NCBI RefSeq assembly: GCF_964355755.1
Contig: NC_092673.1
Coordinates: forward strand, 1,612,001-1,676,000
DNA length: 64,000 nt
Source: Antedon mediterranea
Taxonomy: Eukaryota > Animalia > Echinodermata
Reading direction: 5' to 3'
Shown here: in pieces, positions 63,525-64,000 of the stretch
Layout: every line of letters begins with the position of its first letter
How positions within the stretch are numbered: the stretch's first letter is position 1
Made by a program: the position numbers and the translations under genes
The notes under the pieces: model-generated
Databases searched by the model: none
The model's input: only the letters and a program-made list of their open reading frames with translations
What the model was told of the DNA's origin: nothing

Positions 63525-64000
63525 ATGTCTAAGGTTACAATTTGTTCAGAGTGCAACTCCACTGATGTTGAAAATGAAAACATTAATGGACATACAACTT
63601 TGATTTGCCGTGGCTGCGGAACAGTCATCGATGATAACGACATCAATGAAGAAAATCATGATGCTGCTCCCATCTTTCACAGCAGTGCGAACTTAAAAGC
63701 ATTGGCACGCAATCGTAGAGTTACATGTCTAGATCAAAATGTTTCAAAAACGAAAATAATGTGGGGAGAAATGGTAAAAACATTCTGCAAACAATTTAAA
63801 TTTAGTGTAGAGATGGAGAAACAGGCCGTAGACTACAGCTATAAAGCATTTGAAATGAAAGAGTTTTACAAACGACACAGCGAACAAAAACGTGCACTTA
63901 GTGCATCCTGCGTTTATCTAACTTGCCGAATGCACAATTGGCCGGTGACGATAAACTACGTCATTGACTTGTGTAGCGTGCATCGTGAATATTTCGGAAC
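63525..64000 (+). CDS. BRF2: TFIIB-related factor 2 (TFIIIB 50 kDa subunit), 5' part, truncated by window end
   Basis: Open frame from ATG 63525 to the window end. MSKVTICSECNS...LICRGCGTV is a TFIIB zinc ribbon (CxxC..CxxC). It is followed by a cyclin-fold repeat with SASCVYLTCRMHNWPVT, resembling BRF2 CCVLITCRQHNWPLT as recalled. Acceptor-like TCTATAG ends at 63512. Confidence 0.85.
   Translation, partial: MSKVTICSECNSTDVENENINGHTTLICRGCGTVIDDNDINEENHDAAPIFHSSANLKALARNRRVTCLDQNVSKTKIMWGEMVKTFCKQFKFSVEMEKQAVDYSYKAFEMKEFYKRHSEQKRALSASCVYLTCRMHNWPVTINYVIDLCSVHREYFG

Overview
This is AT-rich eukaryotic (metazoan) genomic DNA, not prokaryotic. Intron positions and protein similarity to vertebrate genes suggest an invertebrate deuterostome, but that is inference. 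Six spliced protein-coding genes can be reconstructed by hand with GT-AG junctions and consistent intron phases. They form three consecutive head-to-head pairs: a cell-surface NTPDase/CD39-family gene (-) with an ARID5 (ARID5B-like) gene (+); PSMD4/Rpn10 (-) with RCCD1 (+); and RAB24 (-) with the 5' part of BRF2 (+), which runs off the window end. Non-coding DNA holds about 20 copies or fragments of one small MITE family, several other non-autonomous DNA transposons (Harbinger-like, a TTAA-target Kolobok-like element, and an AcademH-like pair with 9-bp TSDs and hairpin ends), a TTGCGCAA-rich foldback element, a tRNA-SINE-like sequence and many minisatellites. I see no CRISPR array, intact transposase or clearly new multi-gene system. 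The most unusual signals are in the MITE family: bias toward exon-proximal positions, inverted rather than duplicated flanks, and one copy with a 36-bp inverted duplication of host DNA. Most short ORFs in the supplied track are spurious or are single exons. All coordinates were counted by eye and may be off by a few bases, especially for repeats.
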